Counted from the first letter of the stretch, positions 37,443-47,530 are shown. The stretch: 64,000 nt of DNA from Candidatus Omnitrophota bacterium (GCA_029261035.1 JAJDCD010000008.1:300480-364479); one strand, 5' to 3'. Program-made: numbers and translations. Notes: a model not told the origin generated them from the sequence alone.

Positions 37443-38096
37443 TTACTTTTCGACTTCCTTTTTATAATAGTCTTTACCCAACTGAACCTTATCTCGTCCC
37501 TGAGACGTCCTCCATTGATTCATGTCTCTTAAAGAATAAACACAACCACAATACTGCTGTTGATAAAACTCTTCTTCTTTTGCGATCTCAATCATTCTTT
37601 GAGAGCCGGCATCTTTTCTCCAGTTATAATCCCAATAAGTAATTTCAGGGAACAAGGATGCCGCTTTAACACCTGCTGCTGTAACCTGTTTAAAATCTTT
37701 CCACCTCGAAATTCCCAAACAACTTGTAATCACTTTAAAGCCATTATGAAAAGCATATTCTGCTGTTTTTACAAAACGCATCTCAAAACACATAGAGCAA
37801 CGCTCACCTCGCTCCTCGTCATTTTCATGTCCTTTTGTAATATCAAACCAACGATCTGTATCATAATCCGCATCCACAAAAGGGATTCCTAGATCCTCAC
37901 AATACCTAATATTCTCTTCCTTTCGGAGCATATATTCCTTCTCAGGGTGGATATTAGGATTGTAAAAATACACTGATAATTCAACCCCAGACTTGTGCAT
38001 ATCCTCTATAACAGAGCCTGAACAGGGGGCACAGCACGAGTGGAGCAAAACCTTCTTTTCCTTGTGGGGTGGGGTAATATTGTCTCTTCGTTTCAT
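37443..38096 (-). CDS. queH: Epoxyqueuosine reductase QueH
   Basis: LLHSCCAPCS, YNPNIHP, ERGERCSMCF, YQQQYCGCVYS. Confidence 0.95.
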   Translation of the reverse strand: MKRRDNITPPHKEKKVLLHSCCAPCSGSVIEDMHKSGVELSVYFYNPNIHPEKEYMLRKEENIRYCEDLGIPFVDADYDTDRWFDITKGHENDEERGERCSMCFEMRFVKTAEYAFHNGFKVITSCLGISRWKDFKQVTAAGVKAASLFPEITYWDYNWRKDAGSQRMIEIAKEEEFYQQQYCGCVYSLRDMNQWRTSQGRDKVQLGKDYYKKEVEK

Positions 38097-38367
38097 GTCG
38101 CTATATTAGCATATTTTACCCCCGACTTAAATCTCCCCTCCCCCTAAAATAAATATTTGACAAATCGACCAAAATAAGGCATCCTTACCACCAGTAGTAA
38201 TTAATTGATAAAAAAACCTATGAGCTTAATGCTTATGGGCGAACGAATTACAATCCCAACCCTAAAAAATCAATAGGGTTGATTATGTACCTGTCATCTA
38301 TCCTCGTTAGTTGGAATTAGTTGGTCTGGTCATTGTTACTACTATTAATCAAAGGAGAACAAGCAAC

Positions 38368-38568
38368 ATGGAACAAGGAACAGTAAAGTGGTTTAACAAT
38401 TCTAAAGGTTTTGGTTTTATTGCACGCGAATCAGGCGAAGATGTATTCGTACATCACACCGCGATTCAAGGCGAAGGTTATAAATCTTTGGATGAAGGCC
38501 AAAAAGTTGAGTTCGAAATAACTCAAGGACCTAAGGGCGACCAAGCAACTAACGTTGTTAAGTTGTAA
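38368..38568 (+). CDS. Cold-shock protein
   Basis: [18 protein letters not shown] ... DVFVH; RBS AAGGAG before ATG 38368. Confidence 0.97.
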   Translation: MEQGTVKWFNNSKGFGFIARESGEDVFVHHTAIQGEGYKSLDEGQKVEFEITQGPKGDQATNVVKL

Positions 38569-38585
38569 TTTAATTAGGTAATACC

Positions 38586-38621
38586 AAAAGGGCATTCACA
38601 TTTGTGGGTGCCCTTTTTTTT
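38586..38621 (+). terminator. Intrinsic terminator after the cold-shock gene
   Basis: AAAAGGGCATTCAC-ATTT-GTGGGTGCCCTTTTTTTTT. Confidence 0.88.
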
Positions 38622-38736
38622 ATGCCAAAAACTTTCAACTGCTGTCATTCCCGAAATCTTTTATCGGGAATCCGTCAACAAAAGAACAAAAGTAAAAGGA
38701 CTTCTGAAAGCTAAAAGCTATCGGCAAAGGACTAAA

Positions 38737-39075
38737 ATGACCTCCGAAGAAAAATCTAAAATCAAAACCGAAATTGAAGAGAAAATCAAACTCACCAAAA
38801 ATAAAATTATTAGTTTAAAAGAACAAACAAAACCTATTCCCCCAGACAGCGCCCTTGGCCGACTTACTCGAATGGATGCTATTCAACAAAAGAGTCTCAA
38901 CGAAGAATCTCTAAGAAAAGCAGAGCAAGATCTTCATAATTCAGAGAACACTTTAAAATTAATCGATAATGAGCACTTCGGAATATGTGTTAAATGCAAA
39001 CAGACAATCCCTATTGGAAGAATTCTTTTAGTCCCAGAATCTAAGTTGTGCGTACCCTGCGCTAATCAAAGGTAG
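38737..39075 (+). CDS. TraR/DksA C4 zinc-finger protein
   Basis: GRLTRMDAIQQ; FGICVKC ... LCVPC. ATG 38737 follows an AAGG RBS. Confidence 0.88.
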   Translation: MTSEEKSKIKTEIEEKIKLTKNKIISLKEQTKPIPPDSALGRLTRMDAIQQKSLNEESLRKAEQDLHNSENTLKLIDNEHFGICVKCKQTIPIGRILLVPESKLCVPCANQR

Positions 39076-39078
39076 TTA

Positions 39079-39957
39079 ATGATTCGCTTTATGAAAAACA
39101 TATTAGATACTTTAAAATTTATTCTTAAACACCCTTTGAACAAAAAAAATCCCTTAGGAGCTTTGTGGCGCTGGTTTCAATGGCAAGTCAAAAGCAGGCT
39201 CACAAAAAATCCGATCGCAGTTCCCTTTTTTAACAATTCACAACTTCTAGTCAATAGCGGAATGACAGGCGCTACAGGAAATATTTATTGCGGACTTCAT
39301 GATTTCGAATCTATGGGCTTTTTAGTTCACCTTCTGAATAGGGATAATACCTTTGTTGATGTGGGGGCCAACGTAGGAAGCTACAGCATTCTCAGCGCAA
39401 GCTTAGGAGCTCAGAGCTACTCCTTTGAACCCATACTTAAAGCATACAATAGCCTCAAGGATAATATTAAGCTCAATAGCTATGATTCCATTGTCACCCC
39501 TTTCAACATGGCCGTATCAGACAATGACGGAATAGTGAAAATGTCCTGCGATCTAGACACCGTCAATAGAGTTTTCGAAAACAATAATGATGATTCTCTC
39601 AACACAGTCGAAGTTGAATCTAAAACCCTAGACTCTCTCTTCCCTAACTTAAATCCCATTGCGATCAAAATTGATGTGGAAGGGTTTGAGGATCAAGTAA
39701 TCCAAGGTGGAAAAAACTTTTTTCAAAAAAACTCTTTATTAGCAGCTATCGTGGAGATCAACCAACAATCAACTCATCGATTAATGACTGAAATAGGTTT
39801 CTCCCCTTTTTCATATGACCCTTTCCATAGAAAGCTCAGCCCCATAAAATCTGTTGTAAAAGAAAACTTAAATGTCTTATACTTACGAGATCTTTCATCT
39901 ATCGAGCAAAGGATTAACAGCTCTCCTAAATTTAAAATTCTAGGGCAAGTAATTTAA
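39079..39957 (+). CDS. FkbM-family methyltransferase
   Basis: FVDVGANVGSY, SFEP, IKIDVEGFE. Confidence 0.92.
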   Translation: MIRFMKNILDTLKFILKHPLNKKNPLGALWRWFQWQVKSRLTKNPIAVPFFNNSQLLVNSGMTGATGNIYCGLHDFESMGFLVHLLNRDNTFVDVGANVGSYSILSASLGAQSYSFEPILKAYNSLKDNIKLNSYDSIVTPFNMAVSDNDGIVKMSCDLDTVNRVFENNNDDSLNTVEVESKTLDSLFPNLNPIAIKIDVEGFEDQVIQGGKNFFQKNSLLAAIVEINQQSTHRLMTEIGFSPFSYDPFHRKLSPIKSVVKENLNVLYLRDLSSIEQRINSSPKFKILGQVI

Positions 39958-39961
39958 AATC

Positions 39962-40723
39962 ATGACTAACCTATTAAAGAAATTTAAACAAAATATATGT
40001 CGATGGCATAACCAAGCAGAAATATGGTTTATGCAAAATATTCTTATCGCTCCTGAAGGTCATGCAAACGAAATTAAGTCTACTTTAAAAGAATATTCTA
40101 ATGGAACTTCTAAATCAGATAACGGAAACGTTGTCTTCGACATAGGGGGAAGAAAAGGTGTTTGGTCGGAAGCCTGCAAAAATAATAATTTTAATTACGC
40201 CGTATTAGACATAACGAGTCCCGACCACTATTCAGAGCAACTTCCTCAAAACTTTATCCAGGCAGATGCTCACCAACTTCCTGTACAAAATAATTCCGTA
40301 AAAGGAATCCTCTGTTTTGAAATGTTAGAGCATTGCCGTTATCCAGCCAAAATCTTACAAGAGCTTTCAAGAGTATTAAAAGATGATGGTTTTTTAATTT
40401 TATCGACCCGACAATATTGGGCAACACACGGCTGCCCTCAGGACTACTTTCGCTATACCCAATTAGGCCTCATTGAGTTATTTAAAGAAGCTTCGTTTGA
40501 CGTGGTAAAAACAGTCCCTTTAGGGGGGCCAATGAGCATAGTCGCATCAGTAATTAATGTAAATATCCCTTTTTTAAACAAACCTATTTTGAAACAATTA
40601 TTCATTTATCCGTTGTGGTTGATCTGCACAGTTTTAGACAAAGTATTTTTTCTTCCATCCAAACTATTTAAAACCAACCCAGATACGACCGGGTGGATTG
40701 TCGTAGGACAAAAAAAACAGTAA
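39962..40723 (+). CDS. Class I SAM-dependent methyltransferase (glycan-associated type)
   Basis: FDIGG, ADAHQLP, EMLEH, HGCPQDYFRYT. Confidence 0.85.
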   Translation: MTNLLKKFKQNICRWHNQAEIWFMQNILIAPEGHANEIKSTLKEYSNGTSKSDNGNVVFDIGGRKGVWSEACKNNNFNYAVLDITSPDHYSEQLPQNFIQADAHQLPVQNNSVKGILCFEMLEHCRYPAKILQELSRVLKDDGFLILSTRQYWATHGCPQDYFRYTQLGLIELFKEASFDVVKTVPLGGPMSIVASVINVNIPFLNKPILKQLFIYPLWLICTVLDKVFFLPSKLFKTNPDTTGWIVVGQKKQ

Positions 40724-40832
40724 CTACTTATTTAGGTTTCAAATAAATTGAAAGGCTAAAAATGCTTCTCTTAAATAAATAGTAATTAACATACTCACTC
40801 CATCTTTTATAAATCTATTAAGGAGAAACATC

Positions 40833-41135
40833 ATGTCAGAAAAAAATGTAACTGTCGTAGCAGAAATGAAGGCTAAACTAGGAAAAGAAGCTGAATTAAA
40901 AGAAAACTTAATTGGACTCCTCCACCCCACTCATCAAGAAGAGGGCTGTATCAATTATGATATGCATCAATCCGCTGAAGACTCTTCTACTTTTTTATTT
41001 TATGAGAACTGGACTTCTAAAGAAGCCTTAGATCAACATTTAGCTATGCCCCATCTAAAAGCCTTTTTCGCAAAAACACCCGATTTAATAGATGGCGAAG
41101 TTAAGATATCTTTGTGGGATAAAGTGTCCTACTAA
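40833..41135 (+). CDS. Putative quinol monooxygenase (ABM domain)
   Basis: EEGCINYDMH, FYENW, HLAMPH. Confidence 0.9.
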   Translation: MSEKNVTVVAEMKAKLGKEAELKENLIGLLHPTHQEEGCINYDMHQSAEDSSTFLFYENWTSKEALDQHLAMPHLKAFFAKTPDLIDGEVKISLWDKVSY

Positions 41136-41162
41136 AAAATAATTACAATAAAAGGAGATGGT

Positions 41163-41735
41163 ATGACAAACAATACAATTATTGAAGGAGTTGATTACGG
41201 TCCTTTAGCCGCACTTATTGGAACCTGGGAAGGTAATAAAGGAATGGACCGTTCTCCCGAACCTGATGGAGAGGAAAAGAACCCCTATTTTGAGACTATT
41301 TTATTTGAAGCCATTGGAGATGTCACTAATGCCGAATCACAAACCTTAGCTGCAGTTCGTTACCATCAAGTTGTCAGCCGTCAGTCTGACCAAAAAGTTT
41401 TTCATAACGAAACGGGCTATTGGATGTGGGATTCCAACACAAACACCTTAATGCATTCCCTAACAATTCCACGCGGTGTCTGTGTACTTGCTGGAGGTAT
41501 CTATAACGCTTCTAATACATCCCCTATTACGCTTGAAGTTAAAGCTAAATTAGGAGATGAGAACTGGGGTATTATTCAATCCCCATTCATGCTTAAAAAT
41601 GCTCGGACCGTTTCTTTTGAACACAAAATTTCCATCGAAGGAGATACTCTTACCTACTCCGAATCCGTAGGCTTAGAAATTTATGGAAAAGACTTTGATC
41701 ATACAGATACAAATACGCTAAATCGTTCTAATTAA
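41163..41735 (+). CDS. Nitrobindin/THAP4-like heme-binding beta-barrel protein
   Basis: GPLAALIGTWEG, HNETGYW, FDHTDTNTL. Confidence 0.85.
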   Translation: MTNNTIIEGVDYGPLAALIGTWEGNKGMDRSPEPDGEEKNPYFETILFEAIGDVTNAESQTLAAVRYHQVVSRQSDQKVFHNETGYWMWDSNTNTLMHSLTIPRGVCVLAGGIYNASNTSPITLEVKAKLGDENWGIIQSPFMLKNARTVSFEHKISIEGDTLTYSESVGLEIYGKDFDHTDTNTLNRSN

Positions 41736-41756
41736 GAACCTCCTAAAGGAGACTCT

Positions 41757-42023
41757 ATGAAAAAACCTTCAATCATAAAAGGTATCCTCTCTGCTTTGCT
41801 CACTTTTATCTTTTGTTTAGTATTTATACCAGCAATCGTTGCTTTAATATTGCCATTAGCCCTATCTTGGATGGGTGAAGGTTATGTTTCTTTAGCATCG
41901 ATCATTCTGATGGGAGTGGTTGTATTGATGATTCCATTTTCCTTTTGGGCCGCTTGGAAAAGGTACCGAACATTTAACCCACGAAACCCCTTAGAAAGCC
42001 TCTATAAAAATGGCCAACACTAA
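41757..42023 (+). CDS. Small two-TM membrane protein
   Basis: Two hydrophobic helices; RBS AAGGAG. Confidence 0.65.
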   Translation: MKKPSIIKGILSALLTFIFCLVFIPAIVALILPLALSWMGEGYVSLASIILMGVVVLMIPFSFWAAWKRYRTFNPRNPLESLYKNGQH

Positions 42024-42363
42024 TAAAATTGACTATATTGAGAGCCCCACGACAGACATTCAAAAAACTAAAAGTTTTTTCAAACAACTCTTTGGTTGGA
42101 CTTTTCAAGATTTTGGACCTGATTATACAGCCTACGATGACGGCTATATGAAAGGTGGTTTTTATAAATCTGAAACAGTTGCTTCTATTGGAACTGGGAG
42201 TGTCTTAGTTGTTTTTTACAGTACTGAGCTAGAAACTTATAAGGAAAAAATTATTCATCTGGGTGGAAACATCACGAAAGATATTTTTTCTTTCCCAGGA
42301 GGACGGCGATTTCATTTTACTGAGCCTGGTGGAAGTGAATTCGCAATATGGTCCGATAAATAA
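42010..42363 (+). CDS. VOC/glyoxalase-family protein
   Basis: IDYIE, FGWTFQDFGPDY, FPGGRRFHFTEPGG. Confidence 0.9.
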   Translation: MANTNKIDYIESPTTDIQKTKSFFKQLFGWTFQDFGPDYTAYDDGYMKGGFYKSETVASIGTGSVLVVFYSTELETYKEKIIHLGGNITKDIFSFPGGRRFHFTEPGGSEFAIWSDK

Positions 42364-42383
42364 CTCCAAACAAAGGATTCCCA

Positions 42384-43040
42384 ATGGAATGGACATCTGA
42401 GATTGATCAAGGGCTTGTGCGTAAAAAACAAGAAGACAGCATTCAACATTGGCCAAAGGAAAATCCCAAACTATTTATCCTTGGAGATGGGCTTGGAGGA
42501 CTCTCTGACGGAGATATAGCAAGTTCTACTGCTGTTAAACATATTTATGAAACAGCAGAAAAACAAAATGGCTTTAAAACAGTAACAGGTCTTAAGAAAG
42601 CAGTTCAGCAATCCAACAACCGCCTCAAAGAGCAAAACTCATCTAGACCTTCAGAGTCTCATATGGCAACCACCTTAACCCTAGCTTATTTTCAAGACGA
42701 AACCATTCGTTTTGCCCACATCGGAGATAGCCGTATTTACCGAATTAGAAATAATAAAATAAAACAGCTTACCACCGACCATTCTTATGACAGGCACACA
42801 TTAAGCCAAGCTATTGGCTTAGACAGCCATTTGGATATAGACGCTAAAAAGCTCAAAACAAACCCAGGAGACGTCTACCTTATATGCAGTGACGGACTTT
42901 ACGGAATGGTTATGGATGAAACCATCATACAAGAGTATAATAAGAATATCGATATAAAGAAGTACTCAAAAGCTCTTTTAAAACATGCTCTTGAAAATGG
43001 AGGCGAAGATAATATCTCTTTATTCTTAATAAAAATTTAA
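42384..43040 (+). CDS. PP2C-type Ser/Thr protein phosphatase
   Basis: GLVRKKQED, DGLGG, HIGDSRIY, CSDGL, GGEDNIS. Confidence 0.93.
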   Translation: MEWTSEIDQGLVRKKQEDSIQHWPKENPKLFILGDGLGGLSDGDIASSTAVKHIYETAEKQNGFKTVTGLKKAVQQSNNRLKEQNSSRPSESHMATTLTLAYFQDETIRFAHIGDSRIYRIRNNKIKQLTTDHSYDRHTLSQAIGLDSHLDIDAKKLKTNPGDVYLICSDGLYGMVMDETIIQEYNKNIDIKKYSKALLKHALENGGEDNISLFLIKI

Positions 43041-43067
43041 ACGATATTATTGATCTAAAGAACAACC

Positions 43068-43805
43068 ATGAAAAAGAAGCCAAAAAAGCCAAAAAAAATA
43101 ACAGAATTCAATCTTAAATCTGGAAAAATATTTGATAAAAATTATGAAATATTAGACCTTCTTGGAAAAGGCTGGGAAGGTGAAGTTTATCGCATTCAAG
43201 ATTTAAACACAGGCATAGAAAGAGCTGCAAAACTCTTCTTCCCTCACCGCAACATTAAAAACAAAACATCTAACATTTATGCCGCAAAATTACACCGTCT
43301 TAGAGAATGCCCTGTCGTCATTCATTACCATCATCAAGAAATTATCCGAGTTTCTGGGCAACCGGTAACAGTTTTAGTATCCGAGTACGTTGAGGGAGAA
43401 CTGCTCTCAAATTACTTGCTCAAACAACCCAGAAAACGCTTGAGCCCTTTCCAAGCACTCCATCTCCTTTTTGCCCTTGTTCTCGGAATTGAAAACATCC
43501 ATCATCTAGGCGAATACCATGGAGACTTGCACACAGACAACGTCATCGTCCTAAGGCACGGCTTAAACTATCACCTTAAACTACTCGACTTCTTTCACTA
43601 TGGCCGAGCAACCAAAGAAAATAAAAGTGACGACATCGTTTCTGCCATACAGATTTTCCACGAAGCTTTGGGTGGAGCTAAACAATATTCTAAACAACCC
43701 AAATACATCAAAGAAATATGTCTAGGATTAAAGCACAGTCTTATCAAAAAGAAGTTCAAAACTGCCAGCGACCTTCGAGTCCACCTAGAAAATCTCTCAA
43801 TGTAA
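43068..43805 (+). CDS. Ser/Thr protein kinase-like protein
   Basis: LGKGWEGEVY, AAK, HGDLHTDNV, LLDF; adjacent to the PP2C gene. Confidence 0.85.
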   Translation: MKKKPKKPKKITEFNLKSGKIFDKNYEILDLLGKGWEGEVYRIQDLNTGIERAAKLFFPHRNIKNKTSNIYAAKLHRLRECPVVIHYHHQEIIRVSGQPVTVLVSEYVEGELLSNYLLKQPRKRLSPFQALHLLFALVLGIENIHHLGEYHGDLHTDNVIVLRHGLNYHLKLLDFFHYGRATKENKSDDIVSAIQIFHEALGGAKQYSKQPKYIKEICLGLKHSLIKKKFKTASDLRVHLENLSM

Positions 43806-43851
43806 TTCGCTTATCCACTAGCAGGAAAAAAGGTAGGTTTTTTTGAAGGGC

Positions 43852-44556
43852 TTAATCCCCTTTAACAAAGAAAAGCCAATCGGTATGATTTTCATTAACA
43901 AGCGTATTACGAAAGTTAATCTCTTCTACTCGAACTTCACCAAAAACATTCTTAAGCGCCTCGGCAAACGGAGAACTTTCAGCATAAGACCAGAGACCAA
44001 GAATTCCACCAGGAGCCAAATGCTCCTTAGCTCTCTTCAAACCCTCTTCTGTATAAAAAGCATCATTCCCCTCTTTAATATCTAGATGCTCTCCTGGGGA
44101 GTGATCAATATCAATTAAAATCAAATCGTATTGTCTTTCTGGCGAGGTAGAAAGCTGTTCATAAAAATCTCCCTGAATCACTTCTAAACGATTATCAGAA
44201 TTAAGCTCATCCGACAGAGGCACAAGCCCATCTTTAAGCCAGCGGATCACCTGCGGTAAAAATTCAATGACTTGCAGTTGTTTAACACGTTTAGATTGCA
44301 ACGCTGCACGAGCGGTATACCCCAACCCCAAACCACCCACAAGAACACTAAGATCATTCCCCTGATGCATCTGAAGCGCAATATCCGCCAAAGCACACTC
44401 AGAGTCTGTATTATAACTACTCATCAAAAACTCTTGATTCAAAGTTATCTCAGTAACAAATGTACCAGCTTGCCCCAAAAGCTCCCTACGCCTAAGACAA
44501 AGAACTCCAAGAGGTGTAGACTCATAAGCTAAAATTTCAAAAGAAGATGAATTCAT
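43852..44556 (-). CDS. Spermidine-synthase-like SAM-dependent transferase
   Basis: VLVGGLGLGYT, YDLILIDIDHSP, LAPGGILGLWS. Start probably MNSSS. Confidence 0.85.
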   Translation of the reverse strand: MNSSSFEILAYESTPLGVLCLRRRELLGQAGTFVTEITLNQEFLMSSYNTDSECALADIALQMHQGNDLSVLVGGLGLGYTARAALQSKRVKQLQVIEFLPQVIRWLKDGLVPLSDELNSDNRLEVIQGDFYEQLSTSPERQYDLILIDIDHSPGEHLDIKEGNDAFYTEEGLKRAKEHLAPGGILGLWSYAESSPFAEALKNVFGEVRVEEINFRNTLVNENHTDWLFFVKGD

Positions 44557-44615
44557 AGCCCCATTATATACTAGACCTCTCATAAAAAACCCTAAATCTT
44601 AAAAATAACGACCCC

Positions 44616-44643
44616 TTGATTTTCAAACCGAAACGACTATAAT
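44616..44643 (+). promoter_or_regulatory. Putative sigma70 promoter of tRNA-His
   Basis: TTGATT-16 bp-TATAAT, 15 bp upstream of the tRNA. Confidence 0.6.
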
Positions 44644-44658
44644 GTGACCTCTTTTGGT

Positions 44659-44735
44659 GGTGGGCGTAGCTCAGTTGGTAGAGCCCCTGATTGTGGTTCA
44701 GGTTGTCGCGGGTTCAAGTCCCGTCGCTCACCCCA
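44659..44735 (+). tRNA. tRNA-His(GTG)
   Basis: G(-1)GTGGGCGTAGCTCAGTTGGTAGAGCCCCTGATTGTGGTTCAGGTTGTCGCGGGTTCAAGTCCCGTCGCTCACCCCA; anticodon GTG; C discriminator. Confidence 0.97.
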
Positions 44736-46540
44736 TTTGATACCCTCGGACGAACCGGATCTATTAATCCGGTCGTCGGGTTAAATTCCCGCGGCGGTCT
44801 GCCTCTTCCTTGAGGTTGGCCGCCATTTTGGCTAAACTTTAAGCGCTTCGCATTATTCCCATAGCACTTGCCAATTTCTTCTAAAGTTTCAGCCCAAATT
44901 TTTGTCAGACTGGTGTCAATCGCTGGTTTACAAAATAAACCTACAGTAATTTCTCCCGTCCAACTTTTCCTATCATAAACTTTACAAACCGCGTATCTAA
45001 TGAAGCCTGATAGTAAACTTTTCAACTTTTCCGGTTTATCTTCGCATGAATCAACAATCATCTCGAAAAGTTGAAGCGTTTGAATTTGTTCGCGAGCATT
45101 TCCTGCAAGCCTCGTCTCAGCCTTTAATTCCTGATCGAGTCTCCGTTCTTCCTGGTTGAGCTCGTCAATCTCTGTTTGCAATGCCCGGAGTCTATCTTTC
45201 ACGGTCTCCACCCCACAAACCCCCTTATCTGCTAGCACCTCAACTAAATTTTGAATCTTCTGTTCCGTTTGAGGCTTTAGGGCACGTACGCGAATCAAAT
45301 CTTCATCGAGATCTTTGATTCGGGAGTAACTGGCTTTATTAGCTTTGTTTATCACCTTTTCAATAATAGTGGGTCTCAACTTTAATCTTTTAAGAAATTC
45401 TATAACTGCTTGATCAATCGATTCAGCAGGCACATAAACACTTTCGCATTCTGCGCCGTCTGATTTGTCTGCCTTCGAGCACAAATAATAAGGGTAATAA
45501 CGTTTAACTCTCGATCCACCTATACCCGGTTTTGGCACCATTGATGATTGACAGCTTGGACATCTTAAAAGACCTTGCAGCAGATACACATATTTCTTTG
45601 TTGCATCAAGAGTTTTTCTGCTGTGATTTGTTTTCGAATTGCTCTTGATAATGTTTTGAATCTTTTCGTATACCTTCAGGTCCCGAATAGGCTTCCAGTT
45701 CCCGACGTAACGCTTTCCCTCATAATCCTGGTGACCTGCATACCGAATATTTTGAAGGATTCTTAAAACTTGCGGTTTTGTATAGGATTTACCACGTGGG
45801 GTCTTGTATCCCAGCCTCCTGAGTTCGCGAGCTACTTTATTTGAGCTTTCATGTTGGATATAAAGTCTGTCTATTAAATTTATATGTTTCTTAAAATTAT
45901 TATGAATTAGAAAAGTATGGTGACCATTCTTATCTCTTGTCATTTTATATCCAATGGGTGGTGAGCCAAGAGGACGTCCCTGCTGTACGTGTCTTACGTT
46001 AGTTTCTAAACTATACTGCGAAATGCGATCTGCTTGCCACTGCGCAAGATTGGCATGGTTACGCATAATCATTTGGCCATCAGGCGTTGATGTATCAATG
46101 TCTAAATCGAGACAAACTAATGCAACTCCGGACTCATTAAATTGTCCTGAAATCTGAATGTAATCTAGCAAGTTTCTGGCAATGCGATCCAGCTTTGTGA
46201 CCACAACCACATCAATCAAGCCGCTCTTTGCAAGCAGAAGCGCTTGCCTTAACCCCTCGCGTCCAAATATGGTCGTCGCCGTTTTTCCTCGCCGTTCCCC
46301 CTTCTCATTCTCGTTTTCAACAAAGATCTCCGTCAGCATCCACTTCTGAGGAGTTAGCATGGTGGATTTCGCTTTTACCCAGTTAGCGAGAACATCCTTC
46401 TGATGATCTAAGGATTCGCCAATCTTTTTCGCCTGCTTGTCTGATGACACCCTTGTAATGCCAAAGACACGAATAGTGTCCTTTTCTTTAAAGCTGTCAA
46501 TCGTTGTAACATTTTGCCATCTTCTTCGTCTCTTTCTCAT
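44714..46540 (-). CDS. Large serine recombinase (integrase)
   Basis: TRVSSDKQ catalytic Ser, VTKLDRIARN, PIGY recombinase domain, zinc ribbon CPSC ... YYLC ... C, coiled coil. ATG 46540 follows a GGAG RBS. Confidence 0.93.
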   Translation of the reverse strand: MRKRRRRWQNVTTIDSFKEKDTIRVFGITRVSSDKQAKKIGESLDHQKDVLANWVKAKSTMLTPQKWMLTEIFVENENEKGERRGKTATTIFGREGLRQALLLAKSGLIDVVVVTKLDRIARNLLDYIQISGQFNESGVALVCLDLDIDTSTPDGQMIMRNHANLAQWQADRISQYSLETNVRHVQQGRPLGSPPIGYKMTRDKNGHHTFLIHNNFKKHINLIDRLYIQHESSNKVARELRRLGYKTPRGKSYTKPQVLRILQNIRYAGHQDYEGKRYVGNWKPIRDLKVYEKIQNIIKSNSKTNHSRKTLDATKKYVYLLQGLLRCPSCQSSMVPKPGIGGSRVKRYYPYYLCSKADKSDGAECESVYVPAESIDQAVIEFLKRLKLRPTIIEKVINKANKASYSRIKDLDEDLIRVRALKPQTEQKIQNLVEVLADKGVCGVETVKDRLRALQTEIDELNQEERRLDQELKAETRLAGNAREQIQTLQLFEMIVDSCEDKPEKLKSLLSGFIRYAVCKVYDRKSWTGEITVGLFCKPAIDTSLTKIWAETLEEIGKCYGNNAKRLKFSQNGGQPQGRGRPPREFNPTTGLIDPVRPRVSNGVSDGT

Positions 46541-46590
46541 GCTCACTCCATTTATTCATTTAGGTATCATATTATATACATAAATGGTAT

Positions 46591-46764
46591 TTATCGCATT
46601 ACTTTTTCCATACAATTTTCCGCCCATATTTCACTTAGCAAATCAATAATTTCTTCAATTCGCTCTTCATGATCCAGTAGGTTAAAGGGGTTCAGCGGAT
46701 TATCTTGCAACGCCTTATATTCATTATTACCTGCTATGCGCACGACAAAACATCCCCTACGCAT
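46591..46764 (-). CDS. Small hypothetical protein upstream of the recombinase (start uncertain)
   Basis: C-terminal part of the 98-aa ORF (MRRGCFVVR ... EERIEEIIDLLSEIWAE) looks protein-like; positional evidence only. Confidence 0.35.
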   Translation of the reverse strand: MRRGCFVVRIAGNNEYKALQDNPLNPFNLLDHEERIEEIIDLLSEIWAENCMEKVMR

Positions 46765-46920
46765 TTTTAGGGGCTTTCCCTTCAAACATTTTTGTGGGAA
46801 AGGCATTTTCTTCTCCCTCTTTTTTGATCTTGCGATATTAATCACCTCCAAAGGTTTGAATAGCAAGACAACAGCCTTCAGCCTCACTGTTTGTCAATGA
46901 GACTGAAAGCTGATATTTTT

Positions 46921-47505
46921 TTAAACAAAACTTATCTGATCAATATAAAGCGACCCTGCTTTTGGCCTCGAATTTACATCGTCAAAAACGATCACAAATT
47001 CATTCAGGCTAGTCCAGTCATTGATTCGCCTGAATTTTTCAAAAGGGATCGTGACTCTTTGCCATTCACTGGTAATTCCACTTACCACGTATGCGGACGG
47101 TCTCGCGCTCATGTCCTTCAATTCAATTTTTATTCGATTCGTAAACTCTTTTTCGGCATCACCCTTCACAAAAAAGCTAAGCGAGTTGAATCTGCTTGCA
47201 TCCTCACCGTTTAGCTTCATCCAGAATCCGTTATATGCTGGATTCACAGAATCGACATCGTAATCCAATCTCACGGAATAGCCTGCCGAATCACCTAACG
47301 CATCATCCGGTTCAAAGGATAATTTCGTTCCTTGGGTATCATCATAAGGATCTTTATCCCAGGCTCCGAAATCACCTCCGATATTATTTGGTTTGTCTCC
47401 GGTATCAAAATCAGCTATCACGAGTTCGCTTTGTGCTGCGTTTACGACCGGACTAACCATCGCAAAAATCGCCATGACTAAAACAGCTGCGGTTTCTTTT
47501 TTCAT
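46921..47505 (-). CDS. Secreted stand-alone CBM11/CIA30-like carbohydrate-binding protein
   Basis: Start MKKETAAV after AAGGAG; DFDTGDKPNNIGGDFGAWDKDPYDD and YDVDSVNPAYNGFWMKL align with the N-terminal domain of 31998-34148. Confidence 0.8.
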   Translation of the reverse strand: MKKETAAVLVMAIFAMVSPVVNAAQSELVIADFDTGDKPNNIGGDFGAWDKDPYDDTQGTKLSFEPDDALGDSAGYSVRLDYDVDSVNPAYNGFWMKLNGEDASRFNSLSFFVKGDAEKEFTNRIKIELKDMSARPSAYVVSGITSEWQRVTIPFEKFRRINDWTSLNEFVIVFDDVNSRPKAGSLYIDQISFV

Positions 47506-47530
47506 TTGTAAGCACTCTCCTTTTTTTGAT

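Noticed and set aside
38311-38736. N-terminal extensions of the cold-shock (38311) and DksA-like (38602) ORFs
   Set aside because: Better RBS-associated ATGs lie at 38368 and 38737; the DksA extension runs through a terminator and a REP-like repeat.
42384-43805. PP2C + kinase pair as an anti-phage or TerY-type system
   Set aside because: No vWA/TerY or other defence partner is adjacent; neighbours are ordinary small enzymes.
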